Shown here piece by piece: positions 8,249 to 22,600 of a DNA stretch of 36,797 bases. Location: assembly GCA_038087875.1 (NCBI GenBank), contig JAXLNO010006024.1, positions 1-36,797 of the forward strand, read 5' to 3'. Origin of the DNA: Malacoraja senta. Its lineage: Eukaryota. Position 1 is the first letter of the stretch. The number at the start of each line of letters is the position of its first letter. The translations under genes and the position numbers were made by a program. Under the pieces are notes generated by a model. That model searched no databases and had not been told where the DNA came from. It was given only the letters and a program-made list of their open reading frames with translations.

Positions 8249-8534
8249 TTTTAGTTTAAGAGATACAGCGCAGAAACCCGGCCCTTCAGCCCACCGAGTC
8301 TGCGTCAACCAGCGATCCCTGCACACTTATATTATCTTACTTATTAGGGGACAATTTACAATTATACCACGCCAATTAACCTACCAACCTGTATGTCTTT
8401 GGACTGACGGAGGAAACCGGAGATCCAGGCAAAACCCACGCAAGTCCCGGGGAGAAGGTACAAAACTCTGTACAGACGGGACCCGTAGTTAGAATTGAAC
8501 CGGGTCTCTGGCGCTGTAAGGCAGCAGTTCCACT
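8249..8534 (-). mobile_element. Second HE1-like SINE, slightly 5'-truncated; repeated in each unit
   Basis: B-box-like GGGTTCAATTCT on the minus strand; body and tail homologous to 7878-8191. Confidence 0.85.
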
Positions 8535-8536
8535 AA

Positions 8537-8969
8537 GTGGGCAAAGCAGAGCCAAATGGAATACAGTGTAGTAAGTGTCTGGTTTTACATTTTGGCAGTC
8601 GGAATAAAGACGTAGACTATTTGAGCTACAAAGTGGGAGTACTAGCGCAGGATTCCCAAATAGTTCACTTGCAAATTGAGTCGGTGGTAAGTAAGGCAAA
8701 TGCAATGCCAGCATTCATTTCGGGGGGCCTAGAATATAAAAACAATGATATAATGCTGAGGATTTATCGGGCACTGGTGAGGACACATTTGGAATATTGT
8801 GAGCAGTTTTGGGCTCCATATTAGAAAGGATGTGCTGGCTTTGGAGAGGGTCCAGAGGAAGTATGTCCTGGAGATGATTGATTTAACGTATGAGGAATGT
8901 TTGAAGTCTCTGTGCCTGTGCTCGTGGGATTTAGAAGGATGAGGGGGAAATCTCATTGAAACCTACCAG
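8537..8969 (+). mobile_element. 5' half of a CR1-like LINE interrupted by the hAT element; also at 19170-19602 and 29792-30222
   Basis: KCLVLHFG...KANAM.AFI..GLEYK...LVRTHLEYCEQFWAP...RMRGNLIETYQ, stopping at the TSD. Confidence 0.88.
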
Positions 8970-11900
8970 CAGGGACGGATTTAGATGAAGAGAGGCCCTA
9001 AACTGTTCCACTTGTGAGCCCCCCGCCCCAGTCCCCCACCCCCACGACTAGAGGAAGATGGTCCACCAGATTGACACCGATTTGCAGCCGAGCGTGGCCA
9101 ATGAGATAAGGGGCTGGAAAGCTGGGCTTTATTTATTTATTTATTTATTGCCTGTGCTAGTGTCGAGTTATTGGCTTAAAACACTATTATTCTGAAATGG
9201 AGGGCAAGGAAAATTACTGAAGGGTTGTTTAGAGACTACAGTGCGTTGTGACAGCATATGTAAGAAAGGCCTATACACCTTGCAGGGCTCTCACTTAATT
9301 TTTTTTCTCTGTTGTCAGCCGGGCAACCTTGGCAGCTTTTAAGTTGCCAAATTACAGTTTAGGTGGTTATTTAAGATGGCTTGCATGGCGCGTGCGATAA
9401 TGTGCTTGGACGAAGTGCATAGTTACCTGTCGGAATTATACTCAGTGAAGCACTCGCATATTATTTCTGCTTTAAATAAAACTACAAACTAAACCGCTGT
9501 TATTTGCTTTAGTAATTGAACCCCTTGCTGAAAAAATAAGAACACACATGGATATCTACGGTTATAATACAAAATATTCAAATAACAAAATATCGTTATA
9601 TGCCGATGATGTACTATTGTACATCACAAAACCACAAATTAGTATACCAAATATATTAAATTTAATTGAGGACTTTGGATCCTTTTCAGGATATAGAATA
9701 AACTGGAACAAAAGTGAAATTATGTCGATAAAACCAAAAGACTCAACACACCTCAGGAAATTCCCCTTTAAAATAGCTATAGAAAAATTCAAATATTTGG
9801 GAATTGAAATTACTAGAAATTACCAGGATATGTTTAAAGCCAATTATAATCCCTTACTTAAGAAATTAAATAATATGATTACATTTTGGAAAACACTTCC
9901 GATGTCCTTAATAGGCAGAATAAATGCTATAAAAATGATTTTCTTACCACAAATCCTATACCTATTTCAATCAATACCTATATATCTCCAAAAAAGTTTT
10001 TCAAAAAATTGGACTCAGACATTACAAATTTTATATGGGATTATAAATCCCATAGAATACAAAGAGCACACCTTAATAAATGAAAAGAGTTGGGGGGTCT
10101 CGCGCTCCCTAACTTTATGTATTATAAATGGGCAGTAAATATTAAAAATATGATTCACCTGCTGGACAATTCTGCCCAGCAGGTGGACTGGATTATAATG
10201 GAAAAAGGGGACTGTTCCCCGAGTAATATAGGAGCGATTATTCTCTCTCCAATAAATTTGAATAATAAAATTTATAATAAAAACCCAATTATAAATAGCA
10301 CAATTAGAACATGGAAACAAATAAAACAGAATCTAAAATTAAGAAACCTATCTCTCTCAATACCAATAGTTAATAACCCATCGTTTAAACCCTCAACCAT
10401 AGACAAATCATTTATACAATGGGAAAGAATGGGAATCAAAACGCTCGAAGATCTGTATGAATTGGGAAAATTACTATCATTTCAACAACTACAACTGAAA
10501 TATAATCTGAAAAATAATCAATATTTTAAATATCTACAAATTCGTGATTACCTGAAAAAATGCACAAAAGACTATCATAATATGCCTTCCGACTTACTAG
10601 ATGAAGCAATGAAGACAAAGGCGGAATCAGCTAATTTAATATCGTACTTATATAATATCATTTTAAACATAGAAATACCCACAACAGAAGGAATTAGAAG
10701 AGACTGGGAACAAGAATTAGCTATAAAAATTTCAAAAGAGAGCTGGGATAACCACTTACTACAGGTGCATAAATGTTCGATCAACGTATACGCTCATCCA
10801 ATTCAAAACATTACATAGACTATATTATTCAAAAACTAAATTAAATAAAATCTTTCCTAATGTTTCACCAATCTGTGATAAATGTCTATGTCAAGAAGCT
10901 ACCATAGCGCATTCTTTTGTTTTTTGTACAAAAATCCAAAAATTTTGGTATGAAATATTTGATATTTTCTCAAAATTAATTAAAATAAAACTGGTACCAA
11001 ACCAGAATGGATCATTTTTGGAATATCGGAAGGTATCCCTGAATTAAACGTGTATCAGAAGAACTTATTCAATTACGGGCTAATAATGGGAAAAAGGCTC
11101 ATACTTAAATTCTGGAAAAATGCGCCCACACCAACAATAAAAATGTAGACATCAAATATGTTGGAAACATTACATCTGGAACAGATGAGATTCCTCTTAG
11201 CAGGGAAAGCAGACCAATTCCAAAAGACGTGGTCTACGTTTTTGGACCTATTACAAGCATGAGGTGCAATAGTAATTTAAAAAATAAATAAAGAAAGAAA
11301 TGGTATCAGGACCTGGTAATGGGAGATAAAACAATAAAAACAGACTTGGTCGGTGGTTCCCTTTCTGCGATTGTTCCTACTTTTTTTTCTTTCTTTTCTA
11401 GGATCTACTTTCTTACTTTACTTCCTTCTCTAACTTCTTTTCTAAGGGGCTTTCTTTTCACAACACTCTCTTGCACCTCACGACTCTTGCGCACTTTCTT
11501 TACTTTTCTTACTTCTATCTTTCTCTTAAAGCTCAAAAAAATGAAGCGGTATAAAAAATGTATTAAGATATAAGTGTTGTGTATTACTGTAATTTACCGT
11601 ACTTCTAATAAAAATAATTTAAAAAAAAATAAAAAAAAAACATATTCACCAATCAGGACATGATATATATCACAATGACATGCAGCAAAATTATAATACT
11701 GTATCTCAACTCTTTTTACACGTTGCAATGAATGCAATGTCTATTATTTCTTTCCACTTCCAAACAAAAATGTGGTTGGATTATTCAGCGTATGATCAAC
11801 CGAAGCGCAGGCTTGGCGATCGCTTCGCACAACACCTCCACTCAGTTCGCAATAACTAACCTGATGTCCCGGTGGCTCAGCACTTCAACTCCCCCTCCCA

Positions 11901-13830
11901 TTCCGAATCCGACCTTTCTGTCCTGGGCCTCCTCCATGGCCAGAGTGAGGCCCGCCGCATATTGGAGGGGCAGCACCTCATATTTGCTTGGGTAATTTAC
12001 ACCCCAGCGCTATGCACATCGGCTTTTCTAATTTCAGGTAGTCCTTGCTTTCTCCCTCGAATTCCCAGCTCTCCCACAGCCTACTGTCTCCGCCTCTTCC
12101 TTTCTTTTTCATGTCACCCATCCCCCCCCTACATCAATCTGAAGAAGGGTCTCGACCCGAAACATCGTCTATTCCTTCGCTCCACAGATGCTGCCTCACC
12201 CGCTTATTTTCTCCAGCTTTTTTGTCTACCAATGGGACCCACCACTGGCCACATCTTCCCATCTCCTCCCCTGTTGGCTTTCCGTAGAGACCGCTCTCTC
12301 CGTAACTCCCTGGTCGATTCGTCCCTTCCCACCCAAACCACCCCCTCTCCTGGCACTTTCCCTTGCAATCGCAGGAAATGCTACACTTGTCCTTTTAATT
12401 AAGTTTAAGACTATGGGACTGTACATTGGCCATAAAATTGCTGCCTAAAAGTGCCAGGGACCCGGAATTGATCCTGAATATGGGTGCTGTCTGTATGGAG
12501 TTTGCTCCTTTTCCCTTTGATCGCATGTGTTTTCTCCGGGTGCTCTTGTTTCCTTCCACATTCCAAAGGTGTGCAGGAACCTATTTCAGACCCAACCCAA
12601 AACGTAATATTTTCCTTTTGTCCAGAGATTCTGTCTGACCTGTTGAGTTACTCCAGCTTTTTGTGTCTATCTTCAGTTTAAACCAGCATCTGCAGTTCCT
12701 TCCTACACACACGATACTATACAATAGAACGTTATTAATCCCAGGTGGGAAATTGTATGTGTGTGTGGGTATATATTTAATACACACACACACATATATA
12801 TTTATATAGTTATATATTCATATATAAATATACACCGTTTTGTTTTCTCGTTTATAACATTGTTTACAGAGTACTATGTTTACATATGCTGTTGTGCTGC
12901 TGCAAGTAAGGATTTCATTGTTCTAACTGGGACGTGAGAGAATAAAACACTCTTGACTCTTGACTTACTTCGCTAATGTGTGGGAAAGAACTAGTGTACG
13001 GGTGATCAATGGTCGGCGTGGACTCGGTGGCCTGAAGGGCCTGTTTCCACGCTGTCTTTAAATTAAACTAAAGACACTAAAACCAGAGGGAGTCTAAAGA
13101 AGGGTATCTACCCGAAACGTCACCCAATTTCTTCTATCCTGAGTTGCTGGCTGCTCCGTGGAGTTCCCCCGCACAATTAAAGCATGGAATATTCTTCACC
13201 CTACCATAGTTACCCAACCAGACGCAACTAAATTTAAGGTACCTTTTTTTCCCCAAAGAACCCTTTTTTGCTTAAGTCCAAGTCAAGAATCAAGAGAGTT
13301 TTATTGTCATGTGTCCCAGATAGGACAATGAAATTCTTGCTTGCTGCAGCACAACAGAATATGTGAACATAATACAGAACAGGAGATAAAAGTTCAGTGT
13401 GTTTATATACCATAGACCATATATATACACAATACATAAACAGATAAAATGCAATAGGCTGTTATTGTTCAGCCCTCTACCACCTCCAGTTTAAATTCCT
13501 TTTAGAATGTTTATGGAGGATCAGGAAACCAGAAGCGAGAGTTACTCCAGGGAGATACTCCTGATCCAGGGTCAGGGAGTGATTCTGTGTTAGTTTTCAG
13601 CGGTTGCGGCGAGGCAGCAATGGCGGCCAAATCTCCCACAATTCAAAGCGAGGGAGAAAGTGCCCGGCGCTGACCAGTTGCCGTGGCAGTGCGCATGCGC
13701 AGGGCGGCCGATGATGTGCGGATGTGCAGGGGAGGACGTGCTGGCCGTAACAATGCGCATGTGCAAGGCGGCCTGCCGTGCCGGCCTAATGAGGAGCGAG
13801 CGGAGAACGGAGACCCGGACACGGATAACG
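8970..13830 (+). mobile_element. Left portion of the hAT-like element, lacking its own right end (truncated at the array junction)
   Basis: CCTACCAG|CAGGGACGGATTTAG at 8962-8984; colinear with 30223-35095. Confidence 0.85.
9494..11640 (+). mobile_element. 5'-truncated L1/Tx1-clade LINE (RT domain to poly-A), frameshifted
   Basis: PLLFALVIEPLA...ISLYADDVLLY...FGSFSGYRINWNKSE...KYLGI reverse-transcriptase motifs; GGLALPNF; CCHC knuckle; poly-A tail. Confidence 0.93.
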
Positions 13831-16800
13831 TGTTTTACCAGCCACTGAGCCACCAAGACAAACATTTCTTTTAATCAAACATTTTTGATTTATTCTAATG
13901 ATTCATATTTCAATTCCCCAGCTCCAACAGAGAGATTTGAACATGTTTCTGGGTCAGTAGCCTGACATTCTGACTGATAATGCAACAAGTGTACATTATT
14001 CTACCAGACCACTGGGTGCATGAAAAGGATCACCTTCAAACCAAGTGATGTTAAATACCACAACCCCCTATCCTCGCTGGATAGAATTAACCCATTCAGT
14101 GCCACCCAGAGTATACTCGGGTCAGAGTATACAAGTGAAAAAAGAAAACAATTATTTGCAGTGAACAGGTTAAATCCTGGTCCAGACCAAAGGATTTCAC
14201 ATGGATGGGCATTTGCAGGGGCCTCTTCCCCAAATATTGATTCTTAGCTTTCCATTTTGGCATAACGTTAATCCCCATTTATGAAGAGCGCAATAAAACA
14301 CGTTCTACAAAGAAACACTTCTGCAATAATCAGTCTGCCATTATCATGAAAAGTAATATAGTCATTCAATTTACCTACCGACCCACGTTGTGTCTCTCTG
14401 TCTCTCGCTCTCTCCCTCCCTCTCTCTCTCGCGGCTCTCTCTCCCCCGTGCGCTCTCTCTCCCGTGCGCGCTCTCTCTCTCCCGTTCCCCACCACTCTAG
14501 CTCTCTCGGCATTCCCGGAATCATTGACGTTTTGCGGTATACAAAAATGCTGGAGAAACTTAGCGGGTGAGGCAGCATCTATGGAGCGAAGGAAATATGC
14601 AACGTTTCGGGTCAAAACCCTTCTTCAGACCCGGCTATTTCCTTCACTCCATGGATGCTGCCTCAAGCCCTGTCCCATTGTGCGAGTTCACACAAGAGCT
14701 TAAAATCTCTGGTAGCATCTCTGTCCCATCTTCAAATTCCCACTTTGAAATAAAATACAGATTTCGACTTAAACAATTTGCAGCAGGATCGCGATTAGTC
14801 GATTCCCACGCATTTTCAATCATCGTTCGATTCAGTGTAAAAACTAGTTGATATAGTTTTTTTTTAAGATACAGTACATTACAATAAATAGTTTCAAGCA
14901 TACCCAGTACTAAACGCACGAACATTAAGGTGGTTACTGATGTTACAAACAGTTATAAATGAATATAATTTCAAAGTGAAATAGGAGATTTCCGTGGAAA
15001 GAATATTTGACCAGAATATGGCGAGGTCGCTGCAAAATGCTCACTTAAAACAATGCGCCGTCAACTCAGGATTGTTTCTTATCCCTCTGACAGGTGTTTC
15101 AATCTCACCTCGCAGCTCGCTGTTAATCGATTCATAGCTATTAATTTTCATTCCTGGTCCGTAAACGCTTCAAGTTACGCTTCTTGTGTGGTGGTAAGGG
15201 GGGGGGGGGGGGGGGTGCTAGGATAAAATACCATATATTTGTATCTATATAGCGATCCTGCTGCGAAATTTTTGTCGCAAGTTGTAATTTATTTCAAAGT
15301 GGGAATTGGAAGATAGGGGCAGAGATGCTACAGAGATTTTGATAGGAGGAAACGTTACAGCAGCTGAGTAAAAGATTAGTCAAATGGTAGGTTCAATGAA
15401 GATCGGGCGAGGGGGATTGGGTGTGGGGGAAAAGTATCTATAGTTTGGGACTTGCTAAATGAGTACTGAGATGGATTATCATTCCACACCAAATTTCTTA
15501 GACAACAATACATGTTATGCAATTATCACAACATTTTGTTGGATATGGATCAACCTATGGTACATGCTCGTAAATTAGTAAAACAAATGTTCTTTAAGTA
15601 CTGTTGTTTCTGGGATGGGATTTCTGATAACAAATAACCTACATTCTATATTTTGTCATAATGTGGCTGAAACAATGGCATATTTTGTGATATTTATTGA
15701 GATAGAAAGATACAACTGAGTTTGGGCAAGATATTACCTTGCAACATTCTGTATGTCTGATAGATATTGTGAAATGGAACAGAAATTATGGGAGGATTGC
15801 ATAAAACTACAATTCAAAGGTAATGAATATACAGAGTATTCTTATTTCCATCATGAACATACAATAGTGATATAGGGCACCAGGTCCTACTACGGTAAAC
15901 TCACGAGCTACTACGGTATGACTACGTGTTAAAAAGTATAAATTTTTTACATCCTGAGTATATTTTACATGTGGACATTTTTCAACATGTTGAAAAATCT
16001 TCACAAGTTACCACGTTTCCCGAGTACCTGCCGTTAGCGCTAAGAAATGGCATGTTGGCCTTTATAACAGGAGGAATCGAATATAGGAGCAAAGAGGTCC
16101 TTCTGCAGTTGTAGAGTTCTAGTGAGACCGCACCTGGAGTATTGTGTGCAGTTTTGGTCCCCTGATTTGAGGAAGGACATTCTTGCTATTGAGGGAGTGC
16201 AGCGTAGGTTTACAAGGTTAATTCCCGGGATGGCGGGACTGTCATATGCTGAGAGAATGGAGCAGCTGGGCTTGTAGACTCTCGAGTTTAGAAGGATGAG
16301 AGGGAATCTCATTGAAACATATAAGATTTGTTAAGGGCTTGGACACGCTAGAGGCAGGAAACATGTTCCCGATGTTGGGGGAGTCCAGAACCAGAGGCCA
16401 CAGTTTAAGAATAAGGAGTAAGCCATTTAGAACGGGGACGAGGAAACACTTTTTCTCACAGAGAGTGGTGAGTGTGGAATTCTCTGCCTCAGAGGGCGGT
16501 GGAGGCCGGTTCTCTGGATGCTTTCAAGAGAGAGCTAGATAGGGCTCTTAAAGATAGCTGAGTCAGGGGATATGGGGAGAAGGCAGGAACGGGGTACTGA
16601 TTGTGGATGATCAGCCATGTTCACATTGAATGGCGGTGCTGGCTCGAAGGGCCAAATGGCCTGCTCCTGCACCAATTGTCTATTGTCTATTGAAACGTTC
16701 CGAGCTCCGACGTACCCGCTACGTTCATTCTACGTGTTTACCACGAGTTTTGATTTTTTTTTTTAACTCGGGAGAGCTCTTGGGTGAACTCGCACAGTGG

Positions 16801-18217
16801 GACAGGGCTTCACACCCGCTGAATTTCTCCAGCATTTTTGTCTATCTTCGATTTTCCAGCATCTACAGTTCCTTCCTAGACATTGTGCGGTGACGGCTGC
16901 ATCTGCGGTTCCTTTCTGTTGGGGGGAGGGGTGCGGGGGGAGGGTCCTGGCCCGTGGCGGCTCCTGATAAGTGATATGTTTCCTCCGCAGGTGCTGCCTT
17001 GCCCGCTGAGTTCCTCCAGCACTCTGTGTTTTTTGTTTGGCTCTGAAGTTGAAGGTGGACCCCCTGTGTCTACCTTCAACTCCCTGTCTGTGGTGGCTCA
17101 GCGGGACGGGCAGGGGCTCTGGGGAGAGGGTTGCGGTTCTGGTCGAGATCCTTCTTCAGACAATCACAAGTACTCTCACCGACGAGAGTTCAGTTCAGTC
17201 TGAAGAATGGTCTTCTCTCCAGAGTCGCTGCGTTGCCTGTCCTGCTGAGCTAGTCCAGCTTTTGTCTGTCTCCAATTTCAGAGTTAGAGAAAATTGCAGA
17301 CTTGATTTATAAAATCTCAAAATTTTGTAACATTGCTAGAAAATGTACTCGCATCTTGAGGCCGAAGGTTAGGTTATTAGCCAAGAAAGATGGACTTTGT
17401 TATCCCTCAGTACAGCAACATCAAGAACGATGTTGTTGTACTGAGGGATAGCCAAGTCTATCCCTCATTGCTAGCAGCTGATGGGAAGCGGCTGTAAAGT
17501 GGGAAGCGGCAGTAAAAGGACAGCGCTGCTGGGGGGGGGGGGGGAGAGAGAGTTCATTTCACAGCGTGTGGGTAGTCTGTCCAGGGGTAAAGTAGCGGGG
17601 AGGGCAGGAGGGTTGAGGAGGGGGTCGGCCGGGGATCATCCAACTCGAGCGGGTCAACAGGCGATGGATAACAGGACAGCGGGCGGTGGAGCTTACTCCA
17701 TATGTCAGGGCGAGTAACCTCAATTGATCCCTTGTTCGCGTTGACACAGGAGTAAGCTCCACCGCCCGCTGTGATGTTATCCATCACCCGCTGACCCACT
17801 CTGCTCTATGATCTTTGCTCTTGAGCTGGTCCCCTCACTGTTCAGACGGAGAGCACTGCCAGAGGTGAGCGGGCCGTCAGAAGGCGCTGAGATGGCAGTC
17901 GGTTCCGCTGTCCGGTGATGGAGGCCGCTCGTAGCCACGCGAGCTGCTTGCCTCCCCGGCCACAATGCGGTGGCTCCGCGCCCGGAGCGCCGTGGCAGCG
18001 GTGAGTGAGTGTTACTGGCATGAACACCGACCCCCTCCTTCTCAACGCTCCTTCCATCCTCGCAACTTTACCCCTGGCTAGACCCCACACGCTGTGAAAG
18101 GAACTCTACCCCGAATTGTCATGTTACTCACGGCCCGTGACTCATTTATAATTATTTATTTATATTTCTACGAATTTTTTTCCCAATTGGGCCCCGCACC
18201 TCCTAAGGCCGGCCCTG

Positions 18218-18417
18218 CTTCTACCCACGGGCCATCGATGTAACGTGGCTGAGAGATGGTGAGGGAGACCACGAGTCTGAATCCAGTGATCTGTTGCCCA
18301 ATTGGGATGGGACTTACCAGCTGAAGAATACAATTCAACTGAGTAGAGAAGATGTGGCAAAATTCTCCTGTTACATCGAACATGCAACTCTGCTGCAGGG
18401 AGTCAATGTTCCACAGG
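18218..18417 (+). pseudogene. MHC class I-like alpha-3 exon remnant, copy 2 (open frame)
   Basis: Same 200-bp exon sequence and donor as 7586-7785. Confidence 0.9.
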
Positions 18418-19602
18418 GTAAGTGGCAAGTCAATGAGGCTGATCACTTGAGACAATAAACCTCCTGGACTGAGATAACAGCCTCAACACACTCTTAACTA
18501 AGCTGTGCATTTAGACTTTAAACTTTAGAGATATGGTGCAGATACAGGCCCCTCAGCTCACTGAGTCCACGCTGAACAGTGATCAGCCCGTACATTTACA
18601 CTAACCAACACACTGGGGACAATTTACAATTTTACCTAAGCCAAGTAACCTACAAGCCTGTATGTCTTTGTAGTGTGGGAGGAAACCGAAGCACCCGGAG
18701 AAAACCCACGCAGTCACAGGGAGAACATACAATGTCCTTGCAGACAGCACCTGTAGTCAGTATCAAACCCAGGTCTCTGGCGCAGTAAGGCAGCAGCTCT
18801 ACCGCTACGCCACTGTGCCACCCATTAATAATTTGTGGTTATCTAATTGCCCAGAATTATTGATAGTCAATGGAATGTGGTTTTAGTTTAAGAGATACAG
18901 CGCAGAAACCCGGCCCTTCAGCCCACCGAGTCTGCGTCAACCAGCGATCCCTGCACACTTATATTATCTTACTTATTAGGGGACAATTTACAATTATACC
19001 ACGCCAATTAACCTACCAACCTGTATGTCTTTGGACTGACGGAGGAAACCGGAGATCCAGGCAAAACCCACGCAAGTCCCGGGGAGAAGGTACAAAACTC
19101 TGTACAGACGGGACCCGTAGTTAGAATTGAACCCGGGTCTCTGGCGCTGTAAGGCAGCAGTTCCACTAAGTGGGCAAAGCAGAGCCAAATGGAATACAGT
19201 GTAGTAAGTGTCTGGTTTTACATTTTGGCAGTCGGAATAAAGACGTAGACTATTTGAGCTACAAAGTGGGAGTACTAGCGCAGGATTCCCAAATAGTTCA
19301 CTTGCAAATTGAGTCGGTGGTAAGTAAGGCAAATGCAATGCCAGCATTCATTTCGGGGGGCCTAGAATATAAAAACAATGATATAATGCTCAGGATTTAT
19401 CGGGCACTGGTGAGGACACATTTGGAATATTGTGAGCAGTTTTGGGCTCCATATTAGAAAGGATGTGCTGGCTTTGGAGAGGGTCCAGAGGAAGTATGTC
19501 CTGGAGATGATTGATTTAACGTATGAGGAATGTTTGAAGTCTCTGTGCCTGTGCTCGTGGGATTTAGAAGGATGAGGGGGAAATCTCATTGAAACCTACC
19601 AG

Positions 19603-22600
19603 CAGGGACGGATTTAGATGAAGAGAGGCCCTAAACTGTTCCACTTGTGAGCCCCCCGCCCCAGTCCCCCACCCCCACGACTAGAGGAAGATGGTCCACC
19701 AGATTGACACCGATTTGCAGCCGAGCGTGGCCAATGAGATAAGGGGCTGGAAAGCTGGGCTTTATTTATTTATTTATTTATTGCCTGTGCTAGTGTCGAG
19801 TTATTGGCTTAAAACACTATTATTCTGAAATGGAGGGCAAGGAAAATTACTGAAGGGTTGTTTAGAGACTACAGTGCGTTGTGACAGCATATGTAAGAAA
19901 GGCCTATACACCTTGCAGGGCTCTCACTTAATTTTTTTTCTCTGTTGTCAGCCGGGCAACCTTGGCAGCTTTTAAGTTGCCAAATTACAGTTTAGGTGGT
20001 TATTTAAGATGGCTTGCATGGCGCGTGCGATAATGTGCTTGGACGAAGTGCATAGTTACCTGTCGGAATTATACTCAGTGAAGCACTCGCATATTATTTC
20101 GCTTTAAATAAAACTACAAACTAAACCGCTGTTATTTGCTTTAGTAATTGAACCCCTTGCTGAAAAAATAAGAACACACATGGATATCTACGGTTATAAT
20201 ACAAAATATTCAAATAACAAAATATCGTTATATGCCGATGATGTACTATTGTACATCACAAAACCACAAATTAGTATACCAAATATATTAAATTTAATTG
20301 AGGACTTTGGATCCTTTTCAGGATATAGAATAAACTGGAACAAAAGTGAAATTATGTCGATAAAACCAAAAGACTCAACACACCTCAGGAAATTCCCCTT
20401 TAAAATAGCTATAGAAAAATTCAAATATTTGGGAATTGAAATTACTAGAAATTACCAGGATATGTTTAAAGCCAATTATAATCCCTTACTTAAGAAATTA
20501 AATAATATGATTACATTTTGGAAAACCGATGTCCTTAATAGGCAGAATAAATGCTATAAAAATGATTTTCTTACCACAAATCCTATACCTATTTCAATCA
20601 ATACCTATTATCTCCCAAAAAAGTTTTTCAAAAAATTGGACTCAGACATTACAAATTTTATATGGGATTATAAATCCCATAGAATACAAAGAGCACACCT
20701 TAATAAATGAAAAGAGTTGGGGGGTCTCGCGCTCCCTAACTTTATGTATTATAAATGGGCAGTAAATATTAAAAATATGATTCACCTGCTGGACAATTCT
20801 GCCCAGCAGGTGGACTGGATTATAATGGAAAAAGGGGACTGTTCCCCGAGTAATATAGGAGCGATTATTCTCTCTCCAATAAATTTGAATAATAAAATTT
20901 ATAATAAAAACCCAATTATAAATAGCACAATTAGAACATGGAAACAAATAAAACAGAATCTAAAATTAAGAAACCTATCTCTCTCAATACCAATAGTTAA
21001 TAACCCATCGTTTAAACCCTCAACCATAGACAAATCATTTATACAATGGGAAAGAATGGGAATCAAAACGCTCGAAGATCTGTATGAATTGGGAAAATTA
21101 CTATCATTTCAACAACTACAACTGAAATATAATCTGAAAAATAATCAATATTTTAAATATCTACAAATTCGTGATTACCTGAAAAAATGCACAAAAGACT
21201 ATCATAATATGCCTTCCGACTTACTAGATGAAGCAATGAAGACAAAGGCGGAATCAGCTAATCTAATATCGTACTTATATAATATCATTTTAAACATAGA
21301 AATACCCACAACAGAAGGAATTAGAAGAGACTGGGAACAAGAATTAGCTATAAAAATTTCAAAAGAGAGCTGGGATAACCACTTACTACAGGTGCATAAA
21401 TGTTCGATCAACGTATACGCTCATCCAATTCAAAACATTACATAGACTATATTATTCAAAAACTAAATTAAATAAAATCTTTCCTAATGTTTCACCAATC
21501 TGTGATAAATGTCTATGTCAAGAAGCTACCATAGCGCATTCTTTTGTTTTTTGTACAAAAATCCAAAAATTTTGGTATGAAATATTTGATATTTTCTCAA
21601 AATTAATTAAAATAAAACTGGTACCAAAACCAGAATGGATCATTTTTGGAATATCGGAAGGTATCCCTGAATTAAACGTGTATCAGAAGAACTTATTCAA
21701 TTACGGGCTAATAATGGGAAAAAGGCTCATACTTAAATTCTGGAAAAATGCGCCCACACCAACAATAAAAATGTGGACATCAAATATGTTGGAAACATTA
21801 CATCTGGAACAGATGAGATTCCTCTTAGCAGGGAAAGCAGACCAATTCCAAAAGACGTGGTCTACGTTTTTTGGACCTATTACAAGCATGAGGTGCAATA
21901 GTAATTTAAAAAATAAAGAAAGAAAGAAATGGTATCAGGACCTGGTAATGGGAGATAAAACAATAAAAACAGACTTGGTCGGTGGTTCCCTTTCTGCGAT
22001 TGTTCCTACTTTTTTTTCTTTCTTTTCTAGGATCTACTTTCTTACTTTACTTCCTTCTCTAACTTCTTTTCTAAGGGGCTTTCTTTTCACAACACTCTCT
22101 TGCACCTCACGACTCTTGCGCACTTTCTTTACTTTTCTTACTTCTATCTTTCTCTTAAAGCTCAAAAAAATGAAGCGGTATAAAAAATGTATTAAGATAT
22201 AAGTGTTGTGTATTACTGTAATTTACCGTACTTCTAATAAAAAATAATTTAAAAAAAAATAAAAAAAAACATATTCACCAATCAGGACATGATATATATC
22301 ACAATGACATGCAGCAAAATTATAATACTGTATCTCAACTCTTTTTAACACGTTGCAATGAATGCAATGTCTATTATTTCTTTCCACTTCCAAACAAAAT
22401 GTGGTTGGATTATTCAGCGTATGATCAACCGAAGCGCAGGCTTGGCGATCGCTTCGCACAACACCTCCACTCAGTTCGCAATAACTAACCTGATGTCCCG
22501 GTGGCTCAGCACTTCAACTCCCCCTCCCATTCCGAATCCGACCTTTCTGTCCTGGGCCTCCTCCATGGCCAGAGTGAGGCCCGCCGCATATTGGAGGGGC

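Noticed and set aside
7878-8534. tRNA genes
   Set aside because: The A/B-box-like heads are degenerate and continue into SINE bodies and tails; no cloverleaf.
7572-8983. The two facing hAT ends as TIRs of one small element carrying the MHC exon
   Set aside because: Their orientation is reversed (they point away from the cassette), and the 8970 end is paired by TSD with 35283.
9548-10818. Active reverse transcriptase gene
   Set aside because: 5'-truncated within the RT domain, with no ORF1 or endonuclease and frameshifts in all copies.
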